Source of the DNA: an uncultured Bacteroidota bacterium
Lineage (GTDB): Bacteria > Bacteroidota > Bacteroidia > Bacteroidales > JAAUTT01
Assembly (NCBI GenBank): GCA_963766305.1
Contig: CAVYAE010000066.1
Location: 42,966 to 106,965 of the forward strand
Direction of reading: 5' to 3'
Length of the DNA: 64,000 nucleotides
Shown here: one piece after another, positions 42,461-51,676 of the stretch
Layout: every line of letters begins with the position of its first letter
How positions within the stretch are numbered: position 1 is the stretch's first letter
The notes under the pieces: model-generated
Databases searched by the model: none
Told to the model about the DNA's origin: nothing
Seen by the model: the letters and a program-made list of their open reading frames with translations, nothing else
Translations under genes and position numbers: made by a program

Positions 42461-43402
42461 TTATTCGTTTAAAAGTATCATCTCCCTAAATGGGATTACT
42501 ACCGGGAAACCTTTAGATTTAAAGTAATTATCAACAAAAATCTTATCTAACGCAGTAACTGCCATTATAAAATCACCTCCCCAGGCACCAAGGGATTTTA
42601 TCGCGCCCGGGAAATCAGGGAATAAGGAATTTTGAACAGGGGTCATATTTACAACAGAACTTATTAGTTTTTCATGTTCTTTAATTAGAGGTATTATTTC
42701 TTCTATAGATTTAGCCTCTGTAAATTTACCGGTAAGCATTGATATTATCTCAATCTCAGCTGAGTATGAGTTATCTTGTTGACTTAAAAATTCTATGCCT
42801 GCTTTTGAATCCTGTTTTTTCTCAAGGTATATAAAGTACATTTTATTATGATATTCAGGATAATATGTAACATGTTTTATAAATGGTTCTTTATTATTTA
42901 AATTGTAAATTATAGGAGAAGAAGATAGAGCACAGGCTATATCAAATCCTGATCCATTGGTTATTTTATTATTTAAGAGGAAAGGATCTATGGCCGCCCA
43001 GGCAGCACAATTTGCAATTAAAGTGGAACTTGTACCGAGCCCCCAGTTTCTGTCAAAGTTTATATCAGTCTCAATTTCATATCCTGAATTTTGATTAATA
43101 AATCCAGGGTTCATCAGTTTAATTTCATTGAGTAACTTAAACAAACGTTCACCAATTACTTCATTTGAAGATTCTTCCAAAATTAATGTCTTACAGGACA
43201 GTACAGCTTTAAACCATTCTTTTCCATGTTCTTTGGCGGTCCATATTAATTTATTTTCATTTGAATATTCTCTGATATTCATTGATTGACCATATTTAAC
43301 AGGTATTGCCAATGCTTTTGCTCCCAATATAACAAGATATTCACCTGTCAATAGTAGTTTTCCATTCGAATAATATGACTTTGAGGAAACAATCACATTC
43401 AC
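42461..43402 (-). CDS. GYDIA-like GHMP kinase (Bacteroidota mevalonate-pathway kinase)
   Basis: GKLLLTGEY, WGLGTSST, GSGFDIACA, KSLGAWGGDF; directly downstream of HMG-CoA reductase. Confidence 0.85.
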   Translation of the reverse strand: MNVIVSSKSYYSNGKLLLTGEYLVILGAKALAIPVKYGQSMNIREYSNENKLIWTAKEHGKEWFKAVLSCKTLILEESSNEVIGERLFKLLNEIKLMNPGFINQNSGYEIETDINFDRNWGLGTSSTLIANCAAWAAIDPFLLNNKITNGSGFDIACALSSSPIIYNLNNKEPFIKHVTYYPEYHNKMYFIYLEKKQDSKAGIEFLSQQDNSYSAEIEIISMLTGKFTEAKSIEEIIPLIKEHEKLISSVVNMTPVQNSLFPDFPGAIKSLGAWGGDFIMAVTALDKIFVDNYFKSKGFPVVIPFREMILLNE

Positions 43403-43454
43403 AAAATGAGGTAAGGGTAATTAATTATGAAAATATAAGGTTTCATTATCACAG

Positions 43455-44744
43455 CTATCCTTTGGAACGTATCTTATTTAAAAATAAACTTACTTCATTG
43501 AAGGAAACGGTTTTGTCCTTGAACCATCTTACAATTTCTGTTTTTTCTATTTCAGAGGCATTTAGCTGTTGTAAAATATTTGAAAGGTGCATTCTCATAT
43601 GTCCTTTCTGAATACCATCTGTAATAAGAGCCTTTATGGCTGAGAAATGAGAAGCAAGTCCGGCAGATGCAATAATCATCATTAATTGCCTGGCAGAAGG
43701 GTTCCCGAGTATATCCAGTGAAACGGAAGCCAAAGGATGATGCGTTGTCACTCCTCCGACAGTACCCACAGTTAAAGGTAATTCTACAGTAAGGTTAAAA
43801 ATGCCGTCAGTTACAGACACTTCAGACAAAGATGTATATTTGCCCTCACTCGATGCATATGCATGAACATCAGCCTCAACTGCTCTGAAATCATTTCCTG
43901 TTGCCAACAGGACAGCATCGATACCATTCATAATACCTTTGTTATGTGTTACACATCTGTATATATCCGATTTGGCAACACTTACTGCTAATACAAATTT
44001 TTCAGCCAAACCCGGGATATTATTAAATACCGAAACCGGAGCTTCAACACTGCATTTTACCTTACACTCAGGCGAATAATTTGAAAGAATAGACATTAAG
44101 ATTTCACAGTTTGCCTGGTTATGTAAATTTCGGGAGCAATAATCCGTTAAAGTCACAGCTGTTTGTTCAAGTATGGTATTGATAAAATTAGCTCCCATGG
44201 AATCTATGGTATCAAAGACTATGCTAATCTGATAATAATCTCTTATCAGGCTTGTACAATCTTTTAAATGGATATCCAAAACACCGCCTCCACGTGATTC
44301 CATATTTGAATTTATAGATTTGATATTATTGTAAATAAATCGCTTAATTTCGCTCCAGTGGCCAAAAATTATTTCTTTGTGACCATTAAAGAAAAAATGA
44401 ACCTGTCCGGATTTTTTTGCAGAAATCACTTCTGCATGAAATCCCCCATTCTGAAACCAAAACTTCGCTGCTGCTGAAGCCGCAGCTACTACTGAACTTT
44501 CTTCGGTGACAAAAGGTATATGATAAATTTTATTATTCACCAGGAAATTGGGAGCAATACTGAATGGCAGATAATAATTAGATAAAGTGTTTTCACTAAA
44601 TTCATCAAAAAGTTGCTGATCAGACATATGCCAGAAAGACGCCAACAATTCAGATAGGTTTGTATACCCTGTACTTTTAGAAAGAGCTTCAATTTTTTGC
44701 TGCTTTGTCAATTTAGAAAACCCGTCTATAAAGTCATCTTCCAT
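43455..44744 (-). CDS. mvaA: HMG-CoA reductase, class II
   Basis: SEN, TEESSVVAA, DSMGAN, THNKGIMNG, GNDFRA, GIQKGHMRMH. Confidence 0.93.
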   Translation of the reverse strand: MEDDFIDGFSKLTKQQKIEALSKSTGYTNLSELLASFWHMSDQQLFDEFSENTLSNYYLPFSIAPNFLVNNKIYHIPFVTEESSVVAAASAAAKFWFQNGGFHAEVISAKKSGQVHFFFNGHKEIIFGHWSEIKRFIYNNIKSINSNMESRGGGVLDIHLKDCTSLIRDYYQISIVFDTIDSMGANFINTILEQTAVTLTDYCSRNLHNQANCEILMSILSNYSPECKVKCSVEAPVSVFNNIPGLAEKFVLAVSVAKSDIYRCVTHNKGIMNGIDAVLLATGNDFRAVEADVHAYASSEGKYTSLSEVSVTDGIFNLTVELPLTVGTVGGVTTHHPLASVSLDILGNPSARQLMMIIASAGLASHFSAIKALITDGIQKGHMRMHLSNILQQLNASEIEKTEIVRWFKDKTVSFNEVSLFLNKIRSKG

Positions 44745-44767
44745 AAATTTATTTAATTAACTTCTTA

Positions 44768-45763
44768 TTACCGGTCTTTAATATTTAAAAATGCATAAGC
44801 CATTTCTAAGCCTTTTAATTGTTGTGCAACAAAGGATTGTAGTTGAGAATAATCTTCCCTTGCATATTTAAGCATAGCAGATGCCTGACCATATACAGCC
44901 GGTATAACTGATTTTTTAATCAGATAGTAACCATCAATAAATGAGTTTATACCTCCACTAATTATTATTTGGTTACAAATGTTTTTGTTATTCAAGGCAA
45001 TATTATTAACTAATTCCAGCATTTCTACGGCATCCAATCCCACTCTGGTAAGTGGTTCAAAAATTTCATTTTTTTGACTGGCATCACGTAAAATTTCAAG
45101 CTTTGAAAAGTTGGTTCCTCCATAGGCAGCAAATTCAATAGCTGCCAGGGGTAATTCCAGTAAAGATCTCAGGCTGGAAGGTCCCATTCCTTGTCCTACT
45201 TCCTTAACAATCAGAGGCATATCTATTTTGTCCAGTAATTTTTTAATTGTGTCTATAGGCGGGAATTGAAGAATATCTCCCTCAGGCTGAAACCATTCCT
45301 GCATAGGATTGACGTGAATTATAAGTCCGTCCGCTCTTAAACGCTCCTGTAATTTAATTATTTTATCTGTGTGGCCTTCATAAACAAGTTGTTCTATCTG
45401 GCTTATGCCAAGGTTGGCAAATAAAGGTAATTCATTACCGATTATATCTCTTACATTAAAATCATCAAAATATTTATTTTCATCTAAAATAATTCTGCAT
45501 GATCCCAGACCCATCCCAAAACCAAATTCCCTGCAGGCCATTGCCAGATTTTTGTTAATGTTTCCTGCTTCCTGAGTTCCTCCGGTCATACTGGACACCC
45601 ACAGTGGTGCCCTGAAAGTTTTTCCAAGAAAGGTAAAAGAAGGTAAACCGTTTTTTGGATGAGCAGAAAGCAAAGGCTCATAATTGAACCTTATATCTAA
45701 ACCATTTTTGTTGGTTTGCGACTGCAGTGCAAGTTCAATATGATCCTTTTTTCTGTCCGGCAT
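44768..45763 (-). CDS. fni: Type 2 FMN-dependent isopentenyl-diphosphate isomerase
   Basis: RKKDHI, SSMTGG, GMGLGS, HVNPMQE, IVKEVGQG, GGTNF, SGG; likely start MPDRKK at 45763. Confidence 0.92.
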   Translation of the reverse strand: MPDRKKDHIELALQSQTNKNGLDIRFNYEPLLSAHPKNGLPSFTFLGKTFRAPLWVSSMTGGTQEAGNINKNLAMACREFGFGMGLGSCRIILDENKYFDDFNVRDIIGNELPLFANLGISQIEQLVYEGHTDKIIKLQERLRADGLIIHVNPMQEWFQPEGDILQFPPIDTIKKLLDKIDMPLIVKEVGQGMGPSSLRSLLELPLAAIEFAAYGGTNFSKLEILRDASQKNEIFEPLTRVGLDAVEMLELVNNIALNNKNICNQIIISGGINSFIDGYYLIKKSVIPAVYGQASAMLKYAREDYSQLQSFVAQQLKGLEMAYAFLNIKDR

Positions 45764-45828
45764 TGAATATTTTTTGTTTGTTGCTGGTTGCTGGTTGCAA
45801 ATATATATTTGCCATTGCAATATACCTG

Positions 45829-46974
45829 TCAGATTCCAAGATACTTTGCTATGACTACTTTAAGTATTTCAGAAGTACCTTCACCAATCTGCAGTAATCT
45901 TTGGTCACGGTAAAACCGTTCAATATCATATTCTCTCATTAAACCATATGCCCCATGAATTTGTAACGATTCGTCAGCTACTTCCTTTGCAATCTCCGAG
46001 CAATATAATTTTGCCATGGCAGCTTCTTTACCGAAAGCTTGCTTGGTATCCTTCAGCCAACAGGCTTTATAAAGTATATTTCTTGCCAGTTCTATTTTTG
46101 TAGCCATTTCTGATAATTTGAATCTGATAGCCTGAAATTTAGCTATAGGTTTTCCAAATTGTACTCTTTTACCTGAATAGTCTGCGGCCATTTCAAAAGC
46201 ACCCCGGGCTAAACCCAGGCCCATGGCGGCAATAGATAATCTTCCTGAATCAAGGGTCTCCAGCATTATTTCCGAGCCTTTACCCAAACCACCAAGCAAA
46301 TTATTCTTAGGTACAATTACATTATCGAAGTATAAACGTGCTGTATCTATGGCCCGCCACATCATTTTTCCATTGATCTTTTCAGCAGAATATCCTTTAG
46401 TGCCATTCTCCACGATAATAGTTGAGAGCTCTTTTTGGCCATTCTTAATACCAGTGATAACTTGTATGGTTACTCCGGCAGATATAGGTGTAGAGGCGTT
46501 AGAAATAAAAAGTTTTGATCCATTTATAATCCAGGAGTTTCCTTCAAGCACAGCAGTAGATTCTGTTCCTCTTGAATCGGATCCTGCATTTTTTTCAGTA
46601 AGCCCAAAGGCCCAAAGTGATTTTCCTGTGCACAGCCCTGGTAAATATTTCTGACGTTGCTGCTCAGTGCCGTAATTATAAATAGGACAAATTCCAAGAG
46701 AATTATGTGATGCTAAAACAGCTGCCTGTGAACTATCTACACGTGCGAGCTCTTCTACAGCAATTATTAATGACATGTAATCGCGACCCTGACCACCATA
46801 AATTTCAGGTATTGTGAGGCCAAATAATCCTAATTGTCCCATTCTGAGACTTAGTTCAGGAGAAAATTGCTCTTTTTCGTCTAATTCCCTGGCTAATGGC
46901 CGCACTTCTTTTTCTGCAAATTCCCTTACTTTTAACCTTAACGCCTCATGATCACCATTCAAATATATATCCAT
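45829..46974 (-). CDS. Acyl-CoA dehydrogenase, probably isovaleryl/branched-chain by context
   Basis: FGLTEKNAGSD, INGSKLFISNA, RVQFGKPI, QIHGAYG, QIGEGTSEI. Confidence 0.88.
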   Translation of the reverse strand: MDIYLNGDHEALRLKVREFAEKEVRPLARELDEKEQFSPELSLRMGQLGLFGLTIPEIYGGQGRDYMSLIIAVEELARVDSSQAAVLASHNSLGICPIYNYGTEQQRQKYLPGLCTGKSLWAFGLTEKNAGSDSRGTESTAVLEGNSWIINGSKLFISNASTPISAGVTIQVITGIKNGQKELSTIIVENGTKGYSAEKINGKMMWRAIDTARLYFDNVIVPKNNLLGGLGKGSEIMLETLDSGRLSIAAMGLGLARGAFEMAADYSGKRVQFGKPIAKFQAIRFKLSEMATKIELARNILYKACWLKDTKQAFGKEAAMAKLYCSEIAKEVADESLQIHGAYGLMREYDIERFYRDQRLLQIGEGTSEILKVVIAKYLGI

Positions 46975-47015
46975 TTCTATGTTGTTGGTATTTATAAATT
47001 ATAATTTAATAAATT

Positions 47016-49004
47016 TTATGACAATACTGCCAACACATCCTTACCGTTTACCAAATCACCATTTTTGACAAAAATTTCAGTAATCTCTCCATTTCGGGAC
47101 GCAATTATATGATTTTCCATTTTCATTGATTCAAGAACCATTAATATATCACCTTTGTTTACTTTTTCGTTTATTTTTATATTCATTTTTATAATCTTAC
47201 CATTTAATGGGGCCAACACCTTATTTTGTTGGTTAAATAAATTAAGTGTATTTTGAATTGAGCTATTGCTTCTGTAATTGTTTAAATATTTAAATGTAAA
47301 TGTAAAACCTGAAAGAGTCATATAATAATCTTCAGCTACTGATGAAACATAAATTAAATTTTTCTTCCCGTTATATACAAAATTAACTTTTGATACATCC
47401 TTTTTTCCGGTCACATAAAAGGGGCCACCGTCATTTATCCAAAAAACGAAATTATCGTCATCAGGTTTTTTAAATTCTACCTTGTAATTATCATTGAATA
47501 TTTCAAGTTCCGCAAGCATTATGTTTCTCCAATACCCAAGGCTTTGCCATACTGATTTATTGTAATTGTCAGTTGAATTGTTCTGAAAGGTATATATAAA
47601 AAATGCGGATATTATCAATTCTACAGATAAATTCCTGTATCTGTGCTGAAATGATGACAATATTATATTTTTTGAGTCATCACAAAAAGAAGTTGAATAA
47701 TTTTTATTGACAAATTCTTTATTGTTTAAAAGTTCTGAAAGGTATGAAATATTAGTTTCTATGCCATGAATAACATATTGTTGTAAAGATTTAACAAGTT
47801 TTATTCTCGATTTTTCCCTGTTATCCTCATTTACAATTACTTTTGCAATCATAGGGTCAAATTTTGAGGATATCAATGCCGGACCAGTTATGGCAGAATC
47901 AATTCTTATTGATTCATCTGCAGGTTCAAAATAGGTAACTACAGTACCCGCAGAAGGCATAAATTCATTTAAGGGGTTCTCGGCGTAAATCCTGGCTTCT
48001 AAAGCATATCCATGAATTGAAATATCTTCCTGCCTTATCTCAATTGGTAAACCCTGAGCTATTTGAATTTGTTCCTTAACTATATCAATTCCGGTTATTT
48101 GTTCAGTCACCCCGTGTTCAACCTGTATCCTTGTATTCATTTCAAGGAAATAGAAATTCATGTTCTCATCAAGTAAGAATTCTAATGTACCGGCGCTTAC
48201 ATAATTCATTTCCCGGGCTATTTTTAAAGAAGAGTTTACTATTCCATTACGTATTTCTTCTGTAAGGCCGTAAGCAGGGGCTTCTTCAATAATCTTCTGG
48301 TGCCTTCGCTGAATAGTACATTCCCTGTCAAACAGATGTATAAGGTTCCCATATTGGTCTCCAATAACCTGAACTTCTATATGACGTGATGATATTAAAT
48401 ATTCTTCAATGTAAACATTGGCATCTCCGAAATAAGCTAAAGCCTCACGACGGGCTGTTTCAACAGTGTTTTTAAGTTGTTTTGGGTCATAAACAATGTG
48501 CATTCCTTTGCCTCCTCCGCCGGAATCAGCTTTTACGATAACAGGAAATTTAAGTTTATGCGCTTGTAATAACAATTCTTCAGGGTTATTTCCTTTTACG
48601 GATTCCAAAAGTTTAATACCTAATGATTTTACAAATTCTCTGGCCACACTTTTTTGGCTCATTAATTTTATATTATCACTTGTTGGTCCTATAAACACCA
48701 GGTTTTTTCCTTCACATTCCCTAGCAAATTCGTAATTTTCTGATAAAAACCCATATCCCGGATGTATTGCCTCTATACCATTATTGATGGCAATATCTGT
48801 AATTTTTTTAATGTTAAGATAGGTATCTGTTATATCCCCGTCACCTAAACAGTATGCCTCATCAGCGTCGTTAACAAAATCTGAATTTATTTCTTCGTTT
48901 GTGTAAATAACAGCACAGGTATAATCCATGTTATGCGCTGTTTTAATAATTCTGCGTGCAATTTCTCCACGGTTTGCTACTAATATTTTATTAAAATTAA
49001 CCAT
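47016..49004 (-). CDS. Biotin carboxylase fused to BCCP (3-methylcrotonyl-CoA carboxylase alpha-like)
   Basis: ILVANRGEIA, HPGYGFLSEN, GGGGKGM, EMNTRIQVEH; C-terminal ESMKME biotinylation site. Confidence 0.9.
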   Translation of the reverse strand: MVNFNKILVANRGEIARRIIKTAHNMDYTCAVIYTNEEINSDFVNDADEAYCLGDGDITDTYLNIKKITDIAINNGIEAIHPGYGFLSENYEFARECEGKNLVFIGPTSDNIKLMSQKSVAREFVKSLGIKLLESVKGNNPEELLLQAHKLKFPVIVKADSGGGGKGMHIVYDPKQLKNTVETARREALAYFGDANVYIEEYLISSRHIEVQVIGDQYGNLIHLFDRECTIQRRHQKIIEEAPAYGLTEEIRNGIVNSSLKIAREMNYVSAGTLEFLLDENMNFYFLEMNTRIQVEHGVTEQITGIDIVKEQIQIAQGLPIEIRQEDISIHGYALEARIYAENPLNEFMPSAGTVVTYFEPADESIRIDSAITGPALISSKFDPMIAKVIVNEDNREKSRIKLVKSLQQYVIHGIETNISYLSELLNNKEFVNKNYSTSFCDDSKNIILSSFQHRYRNLSVELIISAFFIYTFQNNSTDNYNKSVWQSLGYWRNIMLAELEIFNDNYKVEFKKPDDDNFVFWINDGGPFYVTGKKDVSKVNFVYNGKKNLIYVSSVAEDYYMTLSGFTFTFKYLNNYRSNSSIQNTLNLFNQQNKVLAPLNGKIIKMNIKINEKVNKGDILMVLESMKMENHIIASRNGEITEIFVKNGDLVNGKDVLAVLS

Positions 49005-49059
49005 TTAATATATTCATAGTTATCAACTGAACAAGAGTATAGACAATTAGTTCATTCTA

Positions 49060-49842
49060 CTACCATACTGGTTTTCTTTTTTCAATAAATGCTTTCATAC
49101 CTTCCTGACCATCCTTTGAAATTCTTGCTTTTGATATTAAATCGGCCGATTCGCGCAAAAATTCATCTTCTGTATTAAACAAAGGGCTTTTATTTAAAAA
49201 TGCTTTGATACTCCTTAACGATAGGGGGCTGTTTTTAATCAATTTATGAATGAAGGAATCAATGAATTCTTCTGCCTGCACTTCATCTACAGCATAGTTA
49301 ACCAGTCCCCAGCGTTCCGCTTCAATACCACTGAATTGCTGGCCGGTGAGCATTAATTCTTTTGTTTTGCTTAACCCCATACGCCGGGCTATAAACATGG
49401 AAATCACTGCAGGTACCAGTCCTATGGTTACCTCAGAAAATCTAAAAACAGTATTACTTATACTTACAGCAATGTCGGCTGCAGCTGTTAACCCACATCC
49501 ACCCCCAATGACTGACCCGTGTACAAAAGAAATTACGGGTAAAGGAAAATGATAGAGGCATTGCAAACAATTTGCCATTAAAAGACTTTCCTTATAGTTT
49601 TTTTCAAAATCAAATTCCGCAACTTCCTTCATCCAGTTTATGTCTGCTCCTGAACAAAAAGACCTGCCATTGCCACGTAATAATAGTACACGCAAATCAG
49701 AATCATTTTCAAGGAATTTAAGCAAGGATGTTAATTCATTTACCATAAGAGGGTTGAAAGCATTATGGACTTCTGGCCTGTTTAAATAAATTGTTGCAAC
49801 CTGCCCTTTAATATCTACCTGAATAGTTTCGTAAGTGTTCAT
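49060..49842 (-). CDS. Crotonase-family hydratase, methylglutaconyl-CoA hydratase (LiuC)-like
   Basis: LNRPEVHNAF, FCSGADINWM, GGGCGL, FSEVTIGLVPAVIS; lies between the two carboxylase subunit genes. Confidence 0.85.
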   Translation of the reverse strand: MNTYETIQVDIKGQVATIYLNRPEVHNAFNPLMVNELTSLLKFLENDSDLRVLLLRGNGRSFCSGADINWMKEVAEFDFEKNYKESLLMANCLQCLYHFPLPVISFVHGSVIGGGCGLTAAADIAVSISNTVFRFSEVTIGLVPAVISMFIARRMGLSKTKELMLTGQQFSGIEAERWGLVNYAVDEVQAEEFIDSFIHKLIKNSPLSLRSIKAFLNKSPLFNTEDEFLRESADLISKARISKDGQEGMKAFIEKRKPVW

Positions 49843-49948
49843 CTTGTATGTAAATGATGGTTTATTTGTTTATTTGAAATTGGGTCAGTAGGATAGTAGG
49901 GTCTACATCGTTTATTTTCCTTGTTATTACCTTCATTTGTCATCCTTA

Positions 49949-49990
49949 ATTTGTCATTTGTCATTTGTCATTTGTCATTCGTCATTTGTC
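49949..49990 (+). repeat. Heptamer tandem repeat (ATTTGTC)x6
   Basis: atttgtc x4, attcgtc, atttgtc in the gap between the carboxyltransferase and hydratase genes. Confidence 0.9.
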
Positions 49991-50011
49991 TCGTCATCAG
50001 TAATATTTTTT

Positions 50012-51619
50012 TTACATTCTGTATACTCCTGTTTTAGGGGCTTCAAACTTATGATTTAAAGTCAATTCTATACATAATGCAAGTATTTTGCGGGTATCGG
50101 CCGGGTCTATGATTCCATCGTCCCAAATTCTTGAAGAACTGTAGTAAGAAGAACTTTCTTCATTGTATTTTAAAAGGATATTATTATGTAATTTTTGTAA
50201 TTCGTCATTATCAGGTATTTTACCTTCGGATTTTATCTGATCTTCTTTTACTGTAACTAAAACATTTGCAGCTTGTTCACCTCCCATTACCGATATTCTT
50301 GCATTCGGCCACATGAACAAAAATGATGGATCAAATGACCTTCCCGACATTGCATAATTGCCGGCCCCAAAAGATCCTCCGCAAATAATAGTTAATTTGG
50401 GGACTGTAGCTGTTGCAACCGCATGAACAAATTTGGCACCATCACGTGCGATACCATTTCTTTCGTATTGTTTACCTACAATAAATCCTGTTATATTTTG
50501 TAAAAAAACAATAGGTATTTTCCTGAAATTGCATAGCTCAACAAAATGAGTTCCTTTTAAAGAAGATTCTGAAAACAAAACGCCATTATTAGCTATTATC
50601 CCAACAGGATAACCTTTAATTTTTGCAAATCCTGTCACCAGCGTTGTTCCGTATAAACTTTTAAATTCCGAAAATCTGCTTCCATCTACAATTCTTGCTA
50701 TAATTTCATGCGGATCAACAGGTCTTCGAAGATCCAAACCAGCTATTCCGTATAATTCTTCAGAGGGATAAACGGGATTTTCATCTTCGGTCCTGCCTAT
50801 ATTAAATTTTTCTGTTCTGGGTAAGGTTTCAAATATATTCCTGCAAATTGCCAGGGCGTGCTGATCATTTTCAGCCATATGATCAGCAACGCCTGAATAA
50901 TAAGTATGTATTTCAGCTCCTCCCAGATCTTCTGCTGTAACAATTTCTCCGGTAGCAGCTTTAACAAGAGGAGGACCTCCTAAAAATATGGTCCCCTGAT
51001 TCCGGACTATAATTGTCTCATCGCTCATAGCAGGTATATATGCTCCTCCTGCAGTGCAGGAACCCATAACTATAGCAATTTGTGGTATTCCTGACGCTGA
51101 TAACTGTGCCTGGTTGTAGAAGATTCGTCCAAAATCAAATCTGTCCGGAAATACCTTTGCCTGCTCCGGAAGAAATATGCCACCCGAATCGACAAGATAA
51201 ACACAGGGTAATTTGTTTTCAAGTGCAATTTCCTGGGCACGTATATGTTTTCTTATTGTTTCTTTAATGTATGTCCCCCCCTTTACAGTAGAATCGTTTG
51301 CAACTATTACTGTTTCACGTCCGTGTATAATACCTATTCCGGTAATTATTCCAGCTGCCGGAAATTGTCCGCTATATTGTCCAAAGGCAGCAAAACTGGA
51401 AAGTTCAAGGAAGGGGGTATTATTATCCACCAATAAATTAATACGTTCCCGGGCCAAAAGTTTATTGCGCGATTTGTGTTTTTTGACAGCATGTATGCCT
51501 CCTGCAGAATGTATTTCATTCAAATGCTGATAATAAGTATTAAGAACTTTCTTATATTCAACAGCATTATTTATAAATTCCTTTGAATCAATATTTATGT
51601 TAGATTTAATAGTTTCCAT
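50012..51619 (-). CDS. 3-methylcrotonyl-CoA carboxylase beta subunit (carboxyltransferase, LiuB/MccB-like)
   Basis: [71 protein letters not shown]-terminal GVYRM. Confidence 0.9.
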   Translation of the reverse strand: METIKSNINIDSKEFINNAVEYKKVLNTYYQHLNEIHSAGGIHAVKKHKSRNKLLARERINLLVDNNTPFLELSSFAAFGQYSGQFPAAGIITGIGIIHGRETVIVANDSTVKGGTYIKETIRKHIRAQEIALENKLPCVYLVDSGGIFLPEQAKVFPDRFDFGRIFYNQAQLSASGIPQIAIVMGSCTAGGAYIPAMSDETIIVRNQGTIFLGGPPLVKAATGEIVTAEDLGGAEIHTYYSGVADHMAENDQHALAICRNIFETLPRTEKFNIGRTEDENPVYPSEELYGIAGLDLRRPVDPHEIIARIVDGSRFSEFKSLYGTTLVTGFAKIKGYPVGIIANNGVLFSESSLKGTHFVELCNFRKIPIVFLQNITGFIVGKQYERNGIARDGAKFVHAVATATVPKLTIICGGSFGAGNYAMSGRSFDPSFLFMWPNARISVMGGEQAANVLVTVKEDQIKSEGKIPDNDELQKLHNNILLKYNEESSSYYSSSRIWDDGIIDPADTRKILALCIELTLNHKFEAPKTGVYRM

Positions 51620-51676
51620 TCAGTACTTTGTTAAATATTTTCAGTCATATTCTTAACAAATCCTTAATTATTGTGT

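Noticed and set aside
47016-51619. Acetyl- or propionyl-CoA carboxylase assignment
   Set aside because: The beta-subunit motifs ([29 protein letters not shown]) and the intervening LiuC-like hydratase fit methylcrotonyl-CoA carboxylase better. Geranyl-CoA carboxylase is not fully excluded.
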